DNA of 64,000 nucleotides from an uncultured delta proteobacterium (GTDB lineage Bacteria > Desulfobacterota > Binatia > HRBIN30 > BPIQ01): the NCBI GenBank assembly GCA_963761335.1, contig CAVXGR010000021.1, forward strand, positions 242,395 through 306,394. The letters run 5' to 3'. The translations under genes were made by a program, and so were the position numbers. The notes below the pieces were generated by a model. The model saw nothing but the letters and a program-made list of their open reading frames with translations, was not told the DNA's origin and searched no databases. This document shows, one piece after another, positions 32,577 through 41,453 of this stretch (position 1 is its first letter; each line of letters begins with the position of its first letter).

Positions 32577-33691
32577 GCCGAAAGTTCAAAAGTATCGAGA
32601 CCAAGCACCTCGAGCAGCGGCTCGAGCTCTTCCGCGGGCTGCAGGCGCTCGACCGGCGCGGCTTTCTCAAGGTGTCGCTGGCGGCGATGGGCGCCGCGGT
32701 TGCCAGCCGCGTCTCCTTTCATCCCCACTCCTTCCAGCCGGTGTCGGTGGCGCAGGCCGATACCGGAGAGGGGTTCCGCTTCGCCTACATCTCCGACTCC
32801 CACCTCTACGAGAAGAAGATCAACGACCGCTTCATGCGCCAGCTCATGCGCGCCGTCGACGACGTCAACCGTCTCGATCCGCCGCCCGATTTCGTCCTCT
32901 ACGGCGGCGACCTGGCGCAGCTCGGCCAGGCGACGGAGCTCGAGCAGGGAGCCCAGATCCTCAAGGACGTGAAGTACCCGATGCACATGATGGTCGGCGA
33001 GCACGACTGGTACTTCGACCTCGGGGAGAAGTGGCGCTCGCTGTTCGGCGCGCCCAACTACTCGTTCGATCACAAGGGGGTTCACTTCGTCGTCCTCAAC
33101 AGCGTCGTCGAGAAGGATTTCTGGACGCCGCGCGGCATGACGCCGATGGAGCGGATGGTGACCGTGGCCGGCCTCGACAACCGCCTGCAGAGCCGCTTCG
33201 AGGTGGGCGACGAGCAGCGCGACTGGCTGAAGAAGGACCTCGAGCCGCTGGCCGACGACCGGCCGGTGATCGTCTTCTCGCATTCGCCCCTCTACAAGTA
33301 CTACCGCCCGTGGAACTTCTGGACCGACGACGCGGAGCAGGTGCAGGCGATCCTTGGGCGCTTTCAGAAGATCGTCGTCATCCACGGACACACCCACCAG
33401 CTGCTCACCAACCGCATCGGCAACATCCAGTTCCACGGCATGCTCTCCACCGCCTGGCCGTGGCCTTACGCCCCCGAGGGCCTGCCGGAGCTGACCGTGC
33501 AGATGAATCGTCCCAATCCCTTCGACGCCAACGACGGGCTCGGCGACGGCTATGCGCTGGTGACCTCCGACCATCTGGTGGACAAGGTCTACAACCTCTG
33601 GAACCGCAACCCGATCGAGGTCTCGAGCGCCTACATGACTTCGCACGGCCAGAAGGATGTGCCGCCGAAGCCGAGCCTGCTCAGCTACTGA
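32573..33691 (+). CDS. Tat-exported calcineurin-like metallophosphoesterase
   Basis: DRRGFLK; motifs DSH, GGD, GEHD, SHSP, GHTH; ATGA overlap with the upstream gene. Confidence 0.9.
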   Translation: MSRKFKSIETKHLEQRLELFRGLQALDRRGFLKVSLAAMGAAVASRVSFHPHSFQPVSVAQADTGEGFRFAYISDSHLYEKKINDRFMRQLMRAVDDVNRLDPPPDFVLYGGDLAQLGQATELEQGAQILKDVKYPMHMMVGEHDWYFDLGEKWRSLFGAPNYSFDHKGVHFVVLNSVVEKDFWTPRGMTPMERMVTVAGLDNRLQSRFEVGDEQRDWLKKDLEPLADDRPVIVFSHSPLYKYYRPWNFWTDDAEQVQAILGRFQKIVVIHGHTHQLLTNRIGNIQFHGMLSTAWPWPYAPEGLPELTVQMNRPNPFDANDGLGDGYALVTSDHLVDKVYNLWNRNPIEVSSAYMTSHGQKDVPPKPSLLSY

Positions 33692-33704
33692 AGGAGAGAT
33701 GGGA

Positions 33705-34370
33705 ATGAAACGAACGCGGATCGTCTATGTCTCGGCCGGCGCGATCGCCGTCGCTCTCCTGCTGGTCGCCGCCCCATACCTGCGTCCGTCCGTCTCCGCC
33801 GGCGAGCCCCTGGTGGTGAAGCTCTGTGACAACCAGACGACGACGACCGTCGCCGCCGACGCGCCGCGCACGCACGAGCAGGGGCTGGAGATATCCGAGT
33901 CGCTGATGACCCAGTGGAAGAGGAAGAATCCCGATCGCAACTGGGTCGAGGAGGAGCAGGAGAAGCACGAGATCATGCCTCCGGCCGACAACAGCGATCT
34001 GATCGGCAAGACACAGGGTGCGACCTACTCGCGGATCACCAAGAACGACGTGGAGATGTGGAAGCGAGAGACGATCAAGGCGGTGACCGAGGGGTCGCGC
34101 GTCTTCCACAGCGCCGACGAGCTCGGCAGCGAGATCGCGGTGTCGTGCGACATGTGCCACCCGAATGCGTCGAACACGCATCCGGAGACCTATCCCAAGT
34201 TCCAGGAGCAGCTTGGGCGTGTGGCCCTGCTGCGCGACATGATCAACTGGTGCATCCAGCACCCGGTGCGCGGCAAGGAGCTGGCCCCCGACGATCCGAA
34301 GATGCGAGCGCTGGAGGCTTACATTCTGGCGCAGCGCAAGGGCAAGACTCTCGACTACGGCAAACGCTGA
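33705..34370 (+). CDS. Monoheme cytochrome c with a SoxA/TsdA-like domain
   Basis: Signal/anchor; CDMCH...TYPKF...GRVALLRDMINWCI...G..L..DD..M.ALEAYI; AAGGAG RBS. Confidence 0.75.
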   Translation: MKRTRIVYVSAGAIAVALLLVAAPYLRPSVSAGEPLVVKLCDNQTTTTVAADAPRTHEQGLEISESLMTQWKRKNPDRNWVEEEQEKHEIMPPADNSDLIGKTQGATYSRITKNDVEMWKRETIKAVTEGSRVFHSADELGSEIAVSCDMCHPNASNTHPETYPKFQEQLGRVALLRDMINWCIQHPVRGKELAPDDPKMRALEAYILAQRKGKTLDYGKR

Positions 34371-34383
34371 TGGGAGCACCAAG

Positions 34384-34434
34384 GTAGAAGCGCCGTCCCG
34401 GCGCCTCCGGGAAGCGGCGGGACGCCGCTTCTAC
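34384..34434. repeat. GTAG-type REP doublet
   Basis: GTAGAAGCGCCGTCCCGGCGCCTCCGGGAAGCGGCGGGACGCCGCTTCTAC between convergent genes. Confidence 0.85.
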
Positions 34435-34439
34435 GCCTC

Positions 34440-35381
34440 TCAGGCGCGCAGCGCCTTGGGAAGCGGGAAGGTGACGTGCTCCTCTGCGGTCACCAGCTCG
34501 CGGATCTCGGCGCGCCCGAGCGCCCGCAGGTGATCGGCGACGGCGCGCACCAAGGCCTCGGGAGTCGAGGCTCCCGCGGTGAGTCCGACGGCACTGACGC
34601 CGTCGAGCCACGACGCCTCGACTCCGCCGGCGTCCTCGATCAGCCACGCCTCCGTTCCCTCGTTGCGCGCCACCTCCACCAGGCGGTTGGCGTTGCTCGA
34701 GGTCGGTGAGCCGATCACCAACACCAGGTCCGTCTGCCGCGCCAGATCCTTGACCGCCGTCTGGCGATTCTGGGTGGCGTAGCAGATGTCGTCTTTCTTC
34801 GGCGCCCGCACCGCCGGGAAGCGGCGGCGGATCGCCTCGATGATCTCGCGGGTGTCGTCCACGGAGAGCGTCGTCTGGGTCACCACCCCGACGCGCTCCG
34901 GATCGCGCACCTGCACCCGCGCCACGTCGGCGACGTTCTCCACCAGATGCATCCTCTCCGGGGCGTGGCCGAGGGTGCCCTCGACCTCGACGTGGCCGCG
35001 GTGCCCGATCAGCAGGATGTCGTAGTCCTCGCGCGCGAAGCGCAGCGCCTCGAGATGGACCTTGGTGACCAGCGGGCAAGTCGCGTCGATCACCCGCAGC
35101 TGCCGTCGCTCCGCCTCCTGGCGCACCGCCGGCGAGACGCCGTGGGCGCTGAAGATGAGCAGGCTGCCCTCCGGCACCTCCGCCAGATCGTCGACGAAGC
35201 GCGCCCCGCGCGCCCGCAGCTCCTCGACCACGTGGCGGTTGTGGACGATCTCGTGGCGCACGTAGACCGGCGGCCCATAGCGCTCCAGCACCATGTCGAC
35301 GATGTCGATCGCGTAGGAGACGCCGGCGCAGAACCCCCGCGGGCTGGCGATCAGAATCTCTCCACCGGTATCGGTCGACAT
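34440..35381 (-). CDS. ispH: 4-hydroxy-3-methylbut-2-enyl diphosphate reductase
   Basis: PRGFCAGV, EIVHN, FSAHG, DATCPLV, DICYATQNRQ, SSN, TAGASTP; start at ATG 35381. Confidence 0.97.
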   Translation of the reverse strand: MSTDTGGEILIASPRGFCAGVSYAIDIVDMVLERYGPPVYVRHEIVHNRHVVEELRARGARFVDDLAEVPEGSLLIFSAHGVSPAVRQEAERRQLRVIDATCPLVTKVHLEALRFAREDYDILLIGHRGHVEVEGTLGHAPERMHLVENVADVARVQVRDPERVGVVTQTTLSVDDTREIIEAIRRRFPAVRAPKKDDICYATQNRQTAVKDLARQTDLVLVIGSPTSSNANRLVEVARNEGTEAWLIEDAGGVEASWLDGVSAVGLTAGASTPEALVRAVADHLRALGRAEIRELVTAEEHVTFPLPKALRA

Positions 35382-35425
35382 GGGACGACGGTGCCACTTT
35401 CGATTCTTCGCGGCAAGGCGGGGAG

Positions 35426-35688
35426 GGTGGCTCGGTGGCTCGGTGATCGGGTTGTCGGGCTGTCGGGATGGCGGTCGGCAATGGTGCTGAGCCCCGGAGG
35501 GGCGTGGGCATGTAGCCCCGGGGTGGAGAGGCCGACTCAAAACCCGGGCAAAACGATTCCGCCGGCCCGCGGGCCAAGGTAGAAGCGGCGTCTCGCCGCT
35601 TCGGAAAGCGCCGGGACGGCGCTTCTACTTCGGAGGGGATCGCCAACCCGCAAACCCAACCCACCAACCCACCGAGCCACCGAGCAAC
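35426..35688. repeat. Composite repeat region: inverted 8-bp-period arrays flanking a GTAG REP doublet (35579-35628)
   Basis: GGTGGCTCGGTGGCTCGGTG at 35426; GTAGAAGCGGCG...CTTCTAC; CCACCGAGCCACCGAGC near 35670. Confidence 0.8.
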
Positions 35689-35726
35689 TTCTTTCTTATT
35701 GTAATTCCCCGAAAGCGCGGGATACC

Positions 35727-36743
35727 ATGACCAACCGTGCCATGTCCGCCGCGCCTCTGTTCGTAATCACGCTGGATACCGAGCCCGACAATGAGTGGGG
35801 ACGGCCACGGGTGGCGACCACCGAGAACGCCCACTTCGTGCCGCGCTTCCACGAGCTGTGCGCCGCCTCCGGCTTCAAGGTGACCTACCTGATGACCCTG
35901 GAGATGGCCGAGGATCCGTTCCTGCGGCAATACCTGCAGCCCCGGCTGGAACGCGGCGAGTGCGAGGTGGGGGCGCACCTGCATCCGTGGAACACGCCGC
36001 CTCTGGTGCAGGTCACCGAGGACGATCTGCGCCACCATCCGTACCCCTTCGAGTACCCGCCGGACGTGCAGCGCGCCAAGCTGCAGACGCTGGTCGCCGC
36101 CATTCACCGGAGCTATGGTGTCTCTCCCGTCTCGTACAAGGCGGGCCGCTGGGGCCTCGACGGGTTCCACGCCGGCCTGCTCGACGAGATGGGCTTCCGC
36201 GCCGATACCTCCGTCTGCCCGGGGGTCAACTGGGGGCCGAGCAAGGGCGACCCGAAGCGCAGCGGCGGTCCCAACTTCAACGGCGCCGCGACGCATCCCT
36301 ACCCGCTGTCCTCGGAGGACGTTCGCCGCCCCGGTGCCCTGCGCGTCTGGGAGGTTCCGCCGACCATCGTCTTCTACAGCGCCATCGGCCGCTACCTCCC
36401 CGGGGTGCGTTTCCTCTACCACCGCTATCGGCGGGTGCGCCGGCTCTTCGATCGCAAGCACCTCGGCTCGCAGTGGCTGCGGCCGTATCCGCACATGACC
36501 GCGGATCGCCTCGCGCGAGTCGTCGCCCTGGCGCGGCGCTCCGGCGCGCCGGTGCTCAACCTCACCTTTCACTCGAGCGAGCTGATGCCCGGCGGCAGTC
36601 CCTACAACAAGACGCCGCAGGCGATCGAGTCTCTCTTCCGCCGGCTCGAGGGCTTCTTCTCCTTCCTGCGCGGCGAGAAGGTCGAGGGAATTACCTTGGC
36701 GCAGGCGCGAGACCGTGTCGCTGCTGCCGCGGGCGGCGGCTGA
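35727..36743 (+). CDS. Polysaccharide deacetylase-like protein (WalW type)
   Basis: ITLDTEPD, GAHLHPWNTPP, YKAGRWG, LTFHSSEL.PGGSPY. Confidence 0.8.
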   Translation: MTNRAMSAAPLFVITLDTEPDNEWGRPRVATTENAHFVPRFHELCAASGFKVTYLMTLEMAEDPFLRQYLQPRLERGECEVGAHLHPWNTPPLVQVTEDDLRHHPYPFEYPPDVQRAKLQTLVAAIHRSYGVSPVSYKAGRWGLDGFHAGLLDEMGFRADTSVCPGVNWGPSKGDPKRSGGPNFNGAATHPYPLSSEDVRRPGALRVWEVPPTIVFYSAIGRYLPGVRFLYHRYRRVRRLFDRKHLGSQWLRPYPHMTADRLARVVALARRSGAPVLNLTFHSSELMPGGSPYNKTPQAIESLFRRLEGFFSFLRGEKVEGITLAQARDRVAAAAGGG

Positions 36744-36758
36744 GAGGTCTGCGAAGGC

Positions 36759-37784
36759 GTGGCGATTCTGCCGTTCGACGAGCGCGCGCCCCGAGCCGTG
36801 TTCGAGTTTCTCGAATCCCGCGTCGCTGCCCGCGGCGAGGCGCATTGGCGCTGGAAGTATCGCTTCGCCTCGGGGGAGAGGCCGGCGGCATTCTACTGGC
36901 AGGACGAGGAGGGGTGCATTCTCGGCTTCATCGGCCTGATGCGCACGGCGCTGGAGAGTGCCGGGAGCAGTGAGCCGGCGGCCTGGTTCGTCGACTGGCA
37001 CGTGGCGCCGCAGGGCGGCGTCGGCGTCGGTCTCGGGCTCTTGCGCAAGGCGGAGGCGGATGCCGGCATGCTGCTGACGCTCCAGGGTTCCGACGATACC
37101 CGCAAGATCCTGCCGCGCCTCGGCTGGAAGCAGGTGGAGGCGGCGTCGACGTGGGTGCGGGCGCTGAGCGGCCGCTTCGCAGCGGCGGCGATGGGCCGCC
37201 GCCTGCCGGCGGGGCTGCGCGGCGCCGCCTCTCTCGGCGCGCCGGCGGCCTCCGTTCTCCTGCGCCTCTCCTCGCCGCCGCCGCTGCCCGGGGTGCGGCT
37301 CGAACCCGTCGAGCGTTTTCCCGCCGAGTATGCCGAGGTGTGGCGCGCCCGCCTCGTCGAGCTCGGCCCGGCGATGCGCCGCGACGCGGACTACCTCAAC
37401 TATCTGTGCGCCGATTACCCGGGTGGCGGCTACACCGCGGCCGTGCTGCGCTGCGACGGCACGCTCGCCGGACACCTCATCTGGCGTCTCGACGACGACC
37501 GCCACGGCTCTCGCCGCGGGCGCATCGTCGATCTGCTGTGGCCCCGGGCTCGTTCCGAGCTCCTCCCCTGGCTGCTGCGCACCGCATGCGCCGACCTCCG
37601 GCGCCGCGGCGCCGACTACGTCGACCTGGTGCTGTCGAGCTCGACACTGCGCCGCGCCGCGGCGCAGTGCGGCTTTCGCTCGCGCTCGCCGGTGACCCTC
37701 TGGTATCATCGTCTCCCAGCGGATTCGTCCGATCCGGCGCGCTGGCACATCAGCTATCTGGATTGCGACCGCGCCTACCGATGA
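36759..37784 (+). CDS. GNAT-family acyltransferase (tandem GNAT)
   Basis: WRWKY, WFVDWHVAPQ..GVGLGLL, RRDADYLNY, IVDL, LDCD C-terminus. Confidence 0.7.
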   Translation: MAILPFDERAPRAVFEFLESRVAARGEAHWRWKYRFASGERPAAFYWQDEEGCILGFIGLMRTALESAGSSEPAAWFVDWHVAPQGGVGVGLGLLRKAEADAGMLLTLQGSDDTRKILPRLGWKQVEAASTWVRALSGRFAAAAMGRRLPAGLRGAASLGAPAASVLLRLSSPPPLPGVRLEPVERFPAEYAEVWRARLVELGPAMRRDADYLNYLCADYPGGGYTAAVLRCDGTLAGHLIWRLDDDRHGSRRGRIVDLLWPRARSELLPWLLRTACADLRRRGADYVDLVLSSSTLRRAAAQCGFRSRSPVTLWYHRLPADSSDPARWHISYLDCDRAYR

Positions 37785-38029
37785 ACAGCGATATGAGTGA
37801 GACCAAACGCCGCATTGTCGACGTCGTCAGCGGCGTCTTCCGCCTGCCGGCGCAAGTCGTCCGCGAAGGGGTCAGCCCCGATTCGGTCGAGGGCTGGGAT
37901 TCCGAGAAGCACGTCGAGCTGGTGGTGGCTCTGGAGGAGACCTTCGGCTGCATGTTCGAAGCCGAGGAGGTCCCCGAGCTGACCTCCATCGACGGAATGG
38001 AGGCCGTTCTCCACCGCCATGGCTACTGA
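37781..38029 (+). CDS. Acyl carrier protein
   Basis: 82 aa, acidic; GWDSEKHVELVVALEETFG phosphopantetheine motif; ATGA overlap with the GNAT gene. Confidence 0.85.
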   Translation: MNSDMSETKRRIVDVVSGVFRLPAQVVREGVSPDSVEGWDSEKHVELVVALEETFGCMFEAEEVPELTSIDGMEAVLHRHGY

Positions 38030-40046
38030 AGCGAGACGGACCGCGACGGCGGCCGATGCCGCCCTCGAGCTGGAGGAGCAGGCGCTGGCCCGCATGCTGC
38101 TGATCCGCGCCGTTGAGGAGCGCCTGCTGTCGCTCTTCTCCGAAGGCAAGCTCTTTGGCACCACCCATACCTGCATCGGCCAGGAGACCTGCGCCGTCGC
38201 CGTGGTCGGCGCTCTCGATCTGGAGCGCGACATCGTCTTCTCCAGCCATCGGTGCCACGGCCACTTCCTCATGTACGCCGACGATCCGACCGCCTTGCTG
38301 GCGGAGATCATGGGCCGGCAGACCGGGGCTTCCGGCGGCCGCGGCGGCAGTCAGCACCTGTGCGTCCGCAACTTCTACTCGAACGGCGTGCAGGGTGGCA
38401 TCGTGCCGGTGGCCACCGGCGTCGCCCTGGCGGAGAAGCGCCGCGGCAGCGGCGCCGTCACCGTCTGCTTTCTCGGCGACGGCACGCTCGGCGAGGGCGT
38501 CGTGTACGAGGCCTTCAACATGGCCTCGCTCTGGGGCGCGCCGATTCTCTTCGTCCTCGAGCACAACCGCTACGCGCAGTCGACGCCGACGGCACTGACG
38601 ACGGCCGGCGACGTCGCCGCCCGCGCCGCGGCCTTCGGCATCGCCGCCGATCGGCGCGCCGCCGACGACCCGCTGGCGTTGGCGGCGCACATGCGCGCCG
38701 TGGTGGAGAGCGTGCGTCGCGAGCAGGCGCCGTTCCTGCAGATCCTCGACACCTACCGCCTGGCGGCACACAGCAAGGGCGATGACGATCGCAGCCGAGA
38801 CGAGGTCGAGGAGGAGCGGCGACGCGATCCGCTGCAGCGGATGCGCGGCAGGGTCGGCGAGGTGCGCGCCGCCGCCGTCGCCGAGGAGGCGCGCCTGCGC
38901 GTCGATCGCGCCGTGGCGGCGGCAGAGGCGGCGCCGTTCGCCGATCTGGACCCGCGGCTCGAGGCCGAGAGCTTTGCGGCGCGCGGGCGCCGCCGCGACG
39001 CCACCGCCGCACTGGCGCAGCACACCGCGGATCCGCAGGCGCTGATCGTTCAGCACCTGAACCGCGCTCTGCACCAGGCGATGGAGGAGGACGACGCCGT
39101 GCTGATGATCGGCGAGGACCTGCTCGATCCGTACGGCGGCGCCTTCAAGGTGAGCCGCGGGCTGTCGACCCGGTTTCCCGAGCGCGTCCTCGCCGCCCCC
39201 ATCAGCGAGGCGGGGATCATCGGCGTCGGCACGGGCCTGAGCCTCCGCGGCATGCGTCCGGTGGTGGAGATCATGTTCGGCGACTTCATCGCCCTCGGCG
39301 CCGACCAGATCGTCAACCACCTGGCCAAGTTCCATTGGATGTACAACGCCCAGGTGGAGACCCCGGTGGTCATCCGCACTCCCGTGGGCGGCCGCCGCGG
39401 CTACGGCCCCACCCACAGCCAATGCCTGGAGAAGATGTTCCTCGGCGTTCCGGGCATCGTCGTGGTCGCCATCAGCGCCCGCCACCAACCCGGCGAGCTG
39501 CTGCGGCGCGCCGTCCTCGACGACCCGCGCCCGGTGATCTTCCTGGAGCAAAAGCTGCTCTACGCCAAGCGTCTGGCGGTGGCGCCGCCGCCGGGAATGG
39601 AGCTCGAGGTGCACGAGAGCGAGCGCCACGCCCTCTATCCGACGGCAGTGTGGCGCCCGGCGGAGCTGACCGCGGACCTGACGGTGGTGACCTATGGTGC
39701 CGCCACCGAGATCGTCGAAGAGGCGATGAGCACGGCCTTCGACGAGGAGGAGATCGTGGCGGAGTACATCGTGCCGGCCCAGCTGGCGCCGCTGTCGCTG
39801 GCGCCGATCGCCGACTCGGTGCGCCGCACCGGCCGCTTGCTGGTGATCGAGGAGGGCACGCAGCCCTGGGGATTTGGCGCCGAGGTCGTTGCCCGCGTCT
39901 GCGAGGAGCTGCGCGACCGGCCGCCGCGCTGCGGCCGGGTTGGCGCGCATCCGTTGCCGATTCCCAATGCGCGGCCGGCGGAGGATCTCGTCCTGCCGAA
40001 TGCGGCCCGTGTGGTTGCCGCCATGCGCGAGCTGATGCGCTCCTGA
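38019..40046 (+). CDS. Fused E1 alpha/beta ThDP-dependent 2-oxoacid dehydrogenase / transketolase-like protein
   Basis: HTCIGQE, GDGTLGEG...HN, AHSKGD, GEDL.DPYGG, PISEAG, YGPTHSQ. Confidence 0.88.
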   Translation: MATEARRTATAADAALELEEQALARMLLIRAVEERLLSLFSEGKLFGTTHTCIGQETCAVAVVGALDLERDIVFSSHRCHGHFLMYADDPTALLAEIMGRQTGASGGRGGSQHLCVRNFYSNGVQGGIVPVATGVALAEKRRGSGAVTVCFLGDGTLGEGVVYEAFNMASLWGAPILFVLEHNRYAQSTPTALTTAGDVAARAAAFGIAADRRAADDPLALAAHMRAVVESVRREQAPFLQILDTYRLAAHSKGDDDRSRDEVEEERRRDPLQRMRGRVGEVRAAAVAEEARLRVDRAVAAAEAAPFADLDPRLEAESFAARGRRRDATAALAQHTADPQALIVQHLNRALHQAMEEDDAVLMIGEDLLDPYGGAFKVSRGLSTRFPERVLAAPISEAGIIGVGTGLSLRGMRPVVEIMFGDFIALGADQIVNHLAKFHWMYNAQVETPVVIRTPVGGRRGYGPTHSQCLEKMFLGVPGIVVVAISARHQPGELLRRAVLDDPRPVIFLEQKLLYAKRLAVAPPPGMELEVHESERHALYPTAVWRPAELTADLTVVTYGAATEIVEEAMSTAFDEEEIVAEYIVPAQLAPLSLAPIADSVRRTGRLLVIEEGTQPWGFGAEVVARVCEELRDRPPRCGRVGAHPLPIPNARPAEDLVLPNAARVVAAMRELMRS

Positions 40047-40062
40047 GATGGAGCGGAGATGA

Positions 40063-41223
40063 GTGAGCGAAGATGAGCGAGCGAGGATGAGCGAGCCATC
40101 CGTCCTGGCGCCTCCCGGCGACCCCTATCCGATCCTGGTGCCACGCGAGATCGTCAACGCCGATGCCGTGTTCGTGATTCGCTGGATCGCCTCCGACGGC
40201 GTGCTGGTCGAAGCGGGGGCGCCGCTCTGCGAGATCGAGACCTCGAAGGCGGTGGTGACCGTCGAGGCCGAGTATCCGGGATACGTGCGGCAGCACGCCG
40301 CCGTCGGCGACGAGGTGCCCATCGGCGGCGTGCTCGGCTACATCACCGCCGAGCTGGGCAGCGCCCTGCCGAAGGCCCCGGCGAGTGCGGCGCCGGAGGC
40401 CCCGCCGTCGGCGCGCATCAGCGCCAAGGCGCGACAGAAAATCGAAGAGCTGGGGCTCGACGTGGGGCTCTTCGCCGGCCGCGCCCTGGTGCGCGAGCAG
40501 GACGTCCTCGAGGTGGCAGCGCAGCGGGGGAGCGCCGCGGAGGACCCGCGGGGACCCTTCCAGCTCGAGCCCCTCGGACCCATCCAGAGGCGGGTCGCCC
40601 GCGTCATGGAGCAGAGCGTCGCCGCCATTCCGGCAGCGGTCCTGGAGCGCAGCATCGACCTCGGACCCGTGCGCCGCCGCGCCCGCGAGCTGGCCGGTGA
40701 AAGCAAGCTGGTGGTCACCGAGGTCGACCTGCTGGTCGAAGCGGTGGCGCGTGCCTGCGGGCAGTTTCCCCGCTTCAACTGCTTCGTCACCGCAGATTAC
40801 CAGCTGCACCGCTTTGCCCAGGTCAACGTCGGCGTCGCCGTCGACGTCGAGGGCGACCTCTACGTGGTCACCGTGCGCCAGGCGGAAACCAAGTCGGCGG
40901 CCGCGATCGCCAAGGAGCTCCGCGGTCTCCAATATCTCGCGGCGCGCCGCCGGCTCGGGGTCGAGCATCTGAGCGGCGGCACGATCACCGTGACCTCGAT
41001 GATCGGCCGCGGCGTGCACCATTTCCAGCCGATCCCCTATCCGCACCAGGCGGCCATCGTCGGCATTGCCGACACCGAGCCGGGAAGCAGCCGGGCGGCG
41101 CTGACCCTGGTCTTCGACCACCGCGTCGCCAACGGCTCCCAGGCGGCGGCCTTCCTCGCCGCCATCGACGCCGCGCTCGTCGATTCCGGGAGCGCCGCCG
41201 GCCCGGCCGCCGAGCCAAAGTAG
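40063..41223 (+). CDS. E2-like lipoyl-domain acyltransferase
   Basis: Lipoyl motif EIETSKA; short binding domain; catalytic FDHRVANG. Start may be 40087. Confidence 0.85.
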   Translation: MSEDERARMSEPSVLAPPGDPYPILVPREIVNADAVFVIRWIASDGVLVEAGAPLCEIETSKAVVTVEAEYPGYVRQHAAVGDEVPIGGVLGYITAELGSALPKAPASAAPEAPPSARISAKARQKIEELGLDVGLFAGRALVREQDVLEVAAQRGSAAEDPRGPFQLEPLGPIQRRVARVMEQSVAAIPAAVLERSIDLGPVRRRARELAGESKLVVTEVDLLVEAVARACGQFPRFNCFVTADYQLHRFAQVNVGVAVDVEGDLYVVTVRQAETKSAAAIAKELRGLQYLAARRRLGVEHLSGGTITVTSMIGRGVHHFQPIPYPHQAAIVGIADTEPGSSRAALTLVFDHRVANGSQAAAFLAAIDAALVDSGSAAGPAAEPK

Positions 41224-41269
41224 AAGCGCCGTCCCGGCGCTTTCCGAAGCGGCGAGACGCCGCTTCTAC
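41220..41269. repeat. GTAG-type REP doublet whose TAG is the E2 stop codon
   Basis: GTAGAAGCGCCGTCCCGGCGCTTTCCGAAGCGGCGAGACGCCGCTTCTAC. Confidence 0.85.
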
Positions 41270-41290
41270 TTTGGCCGTCCCCGGATCATC

Positions 41291-41383
41291 CCCTCGGGGT
41301 CGGTATCGCTATCGGTATCGAGTCCCGGGCGCGGAAGTCGATGCCGTGGCTTTCGATTCCGATGCCGATTCCGACCCCGAGGG
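41291..41383. repeat. 6-bp-period inverted array / long hairpin
   Basis: CCCTCGGGGTCGGTATCGCTATCGGTATCGA ... TCGATTCCGATGCCGATTCCGACCCCGAGGG. Confidence 0.7.
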
Positions 41384-41453
41384 AGTTCCTTGCTCGCCTC
41401 GCCCTCCCGGAGGCCCCGTTGTCCCTGCGCCGCCTTTCTTGTAACAACTCCCC

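Noticed and set aside
31185..34370. Canonical mau, methanobactin or sox cluster
   Set aside because: No mauAB, mbnABC/mbnP or soxXYZ genes in the window.
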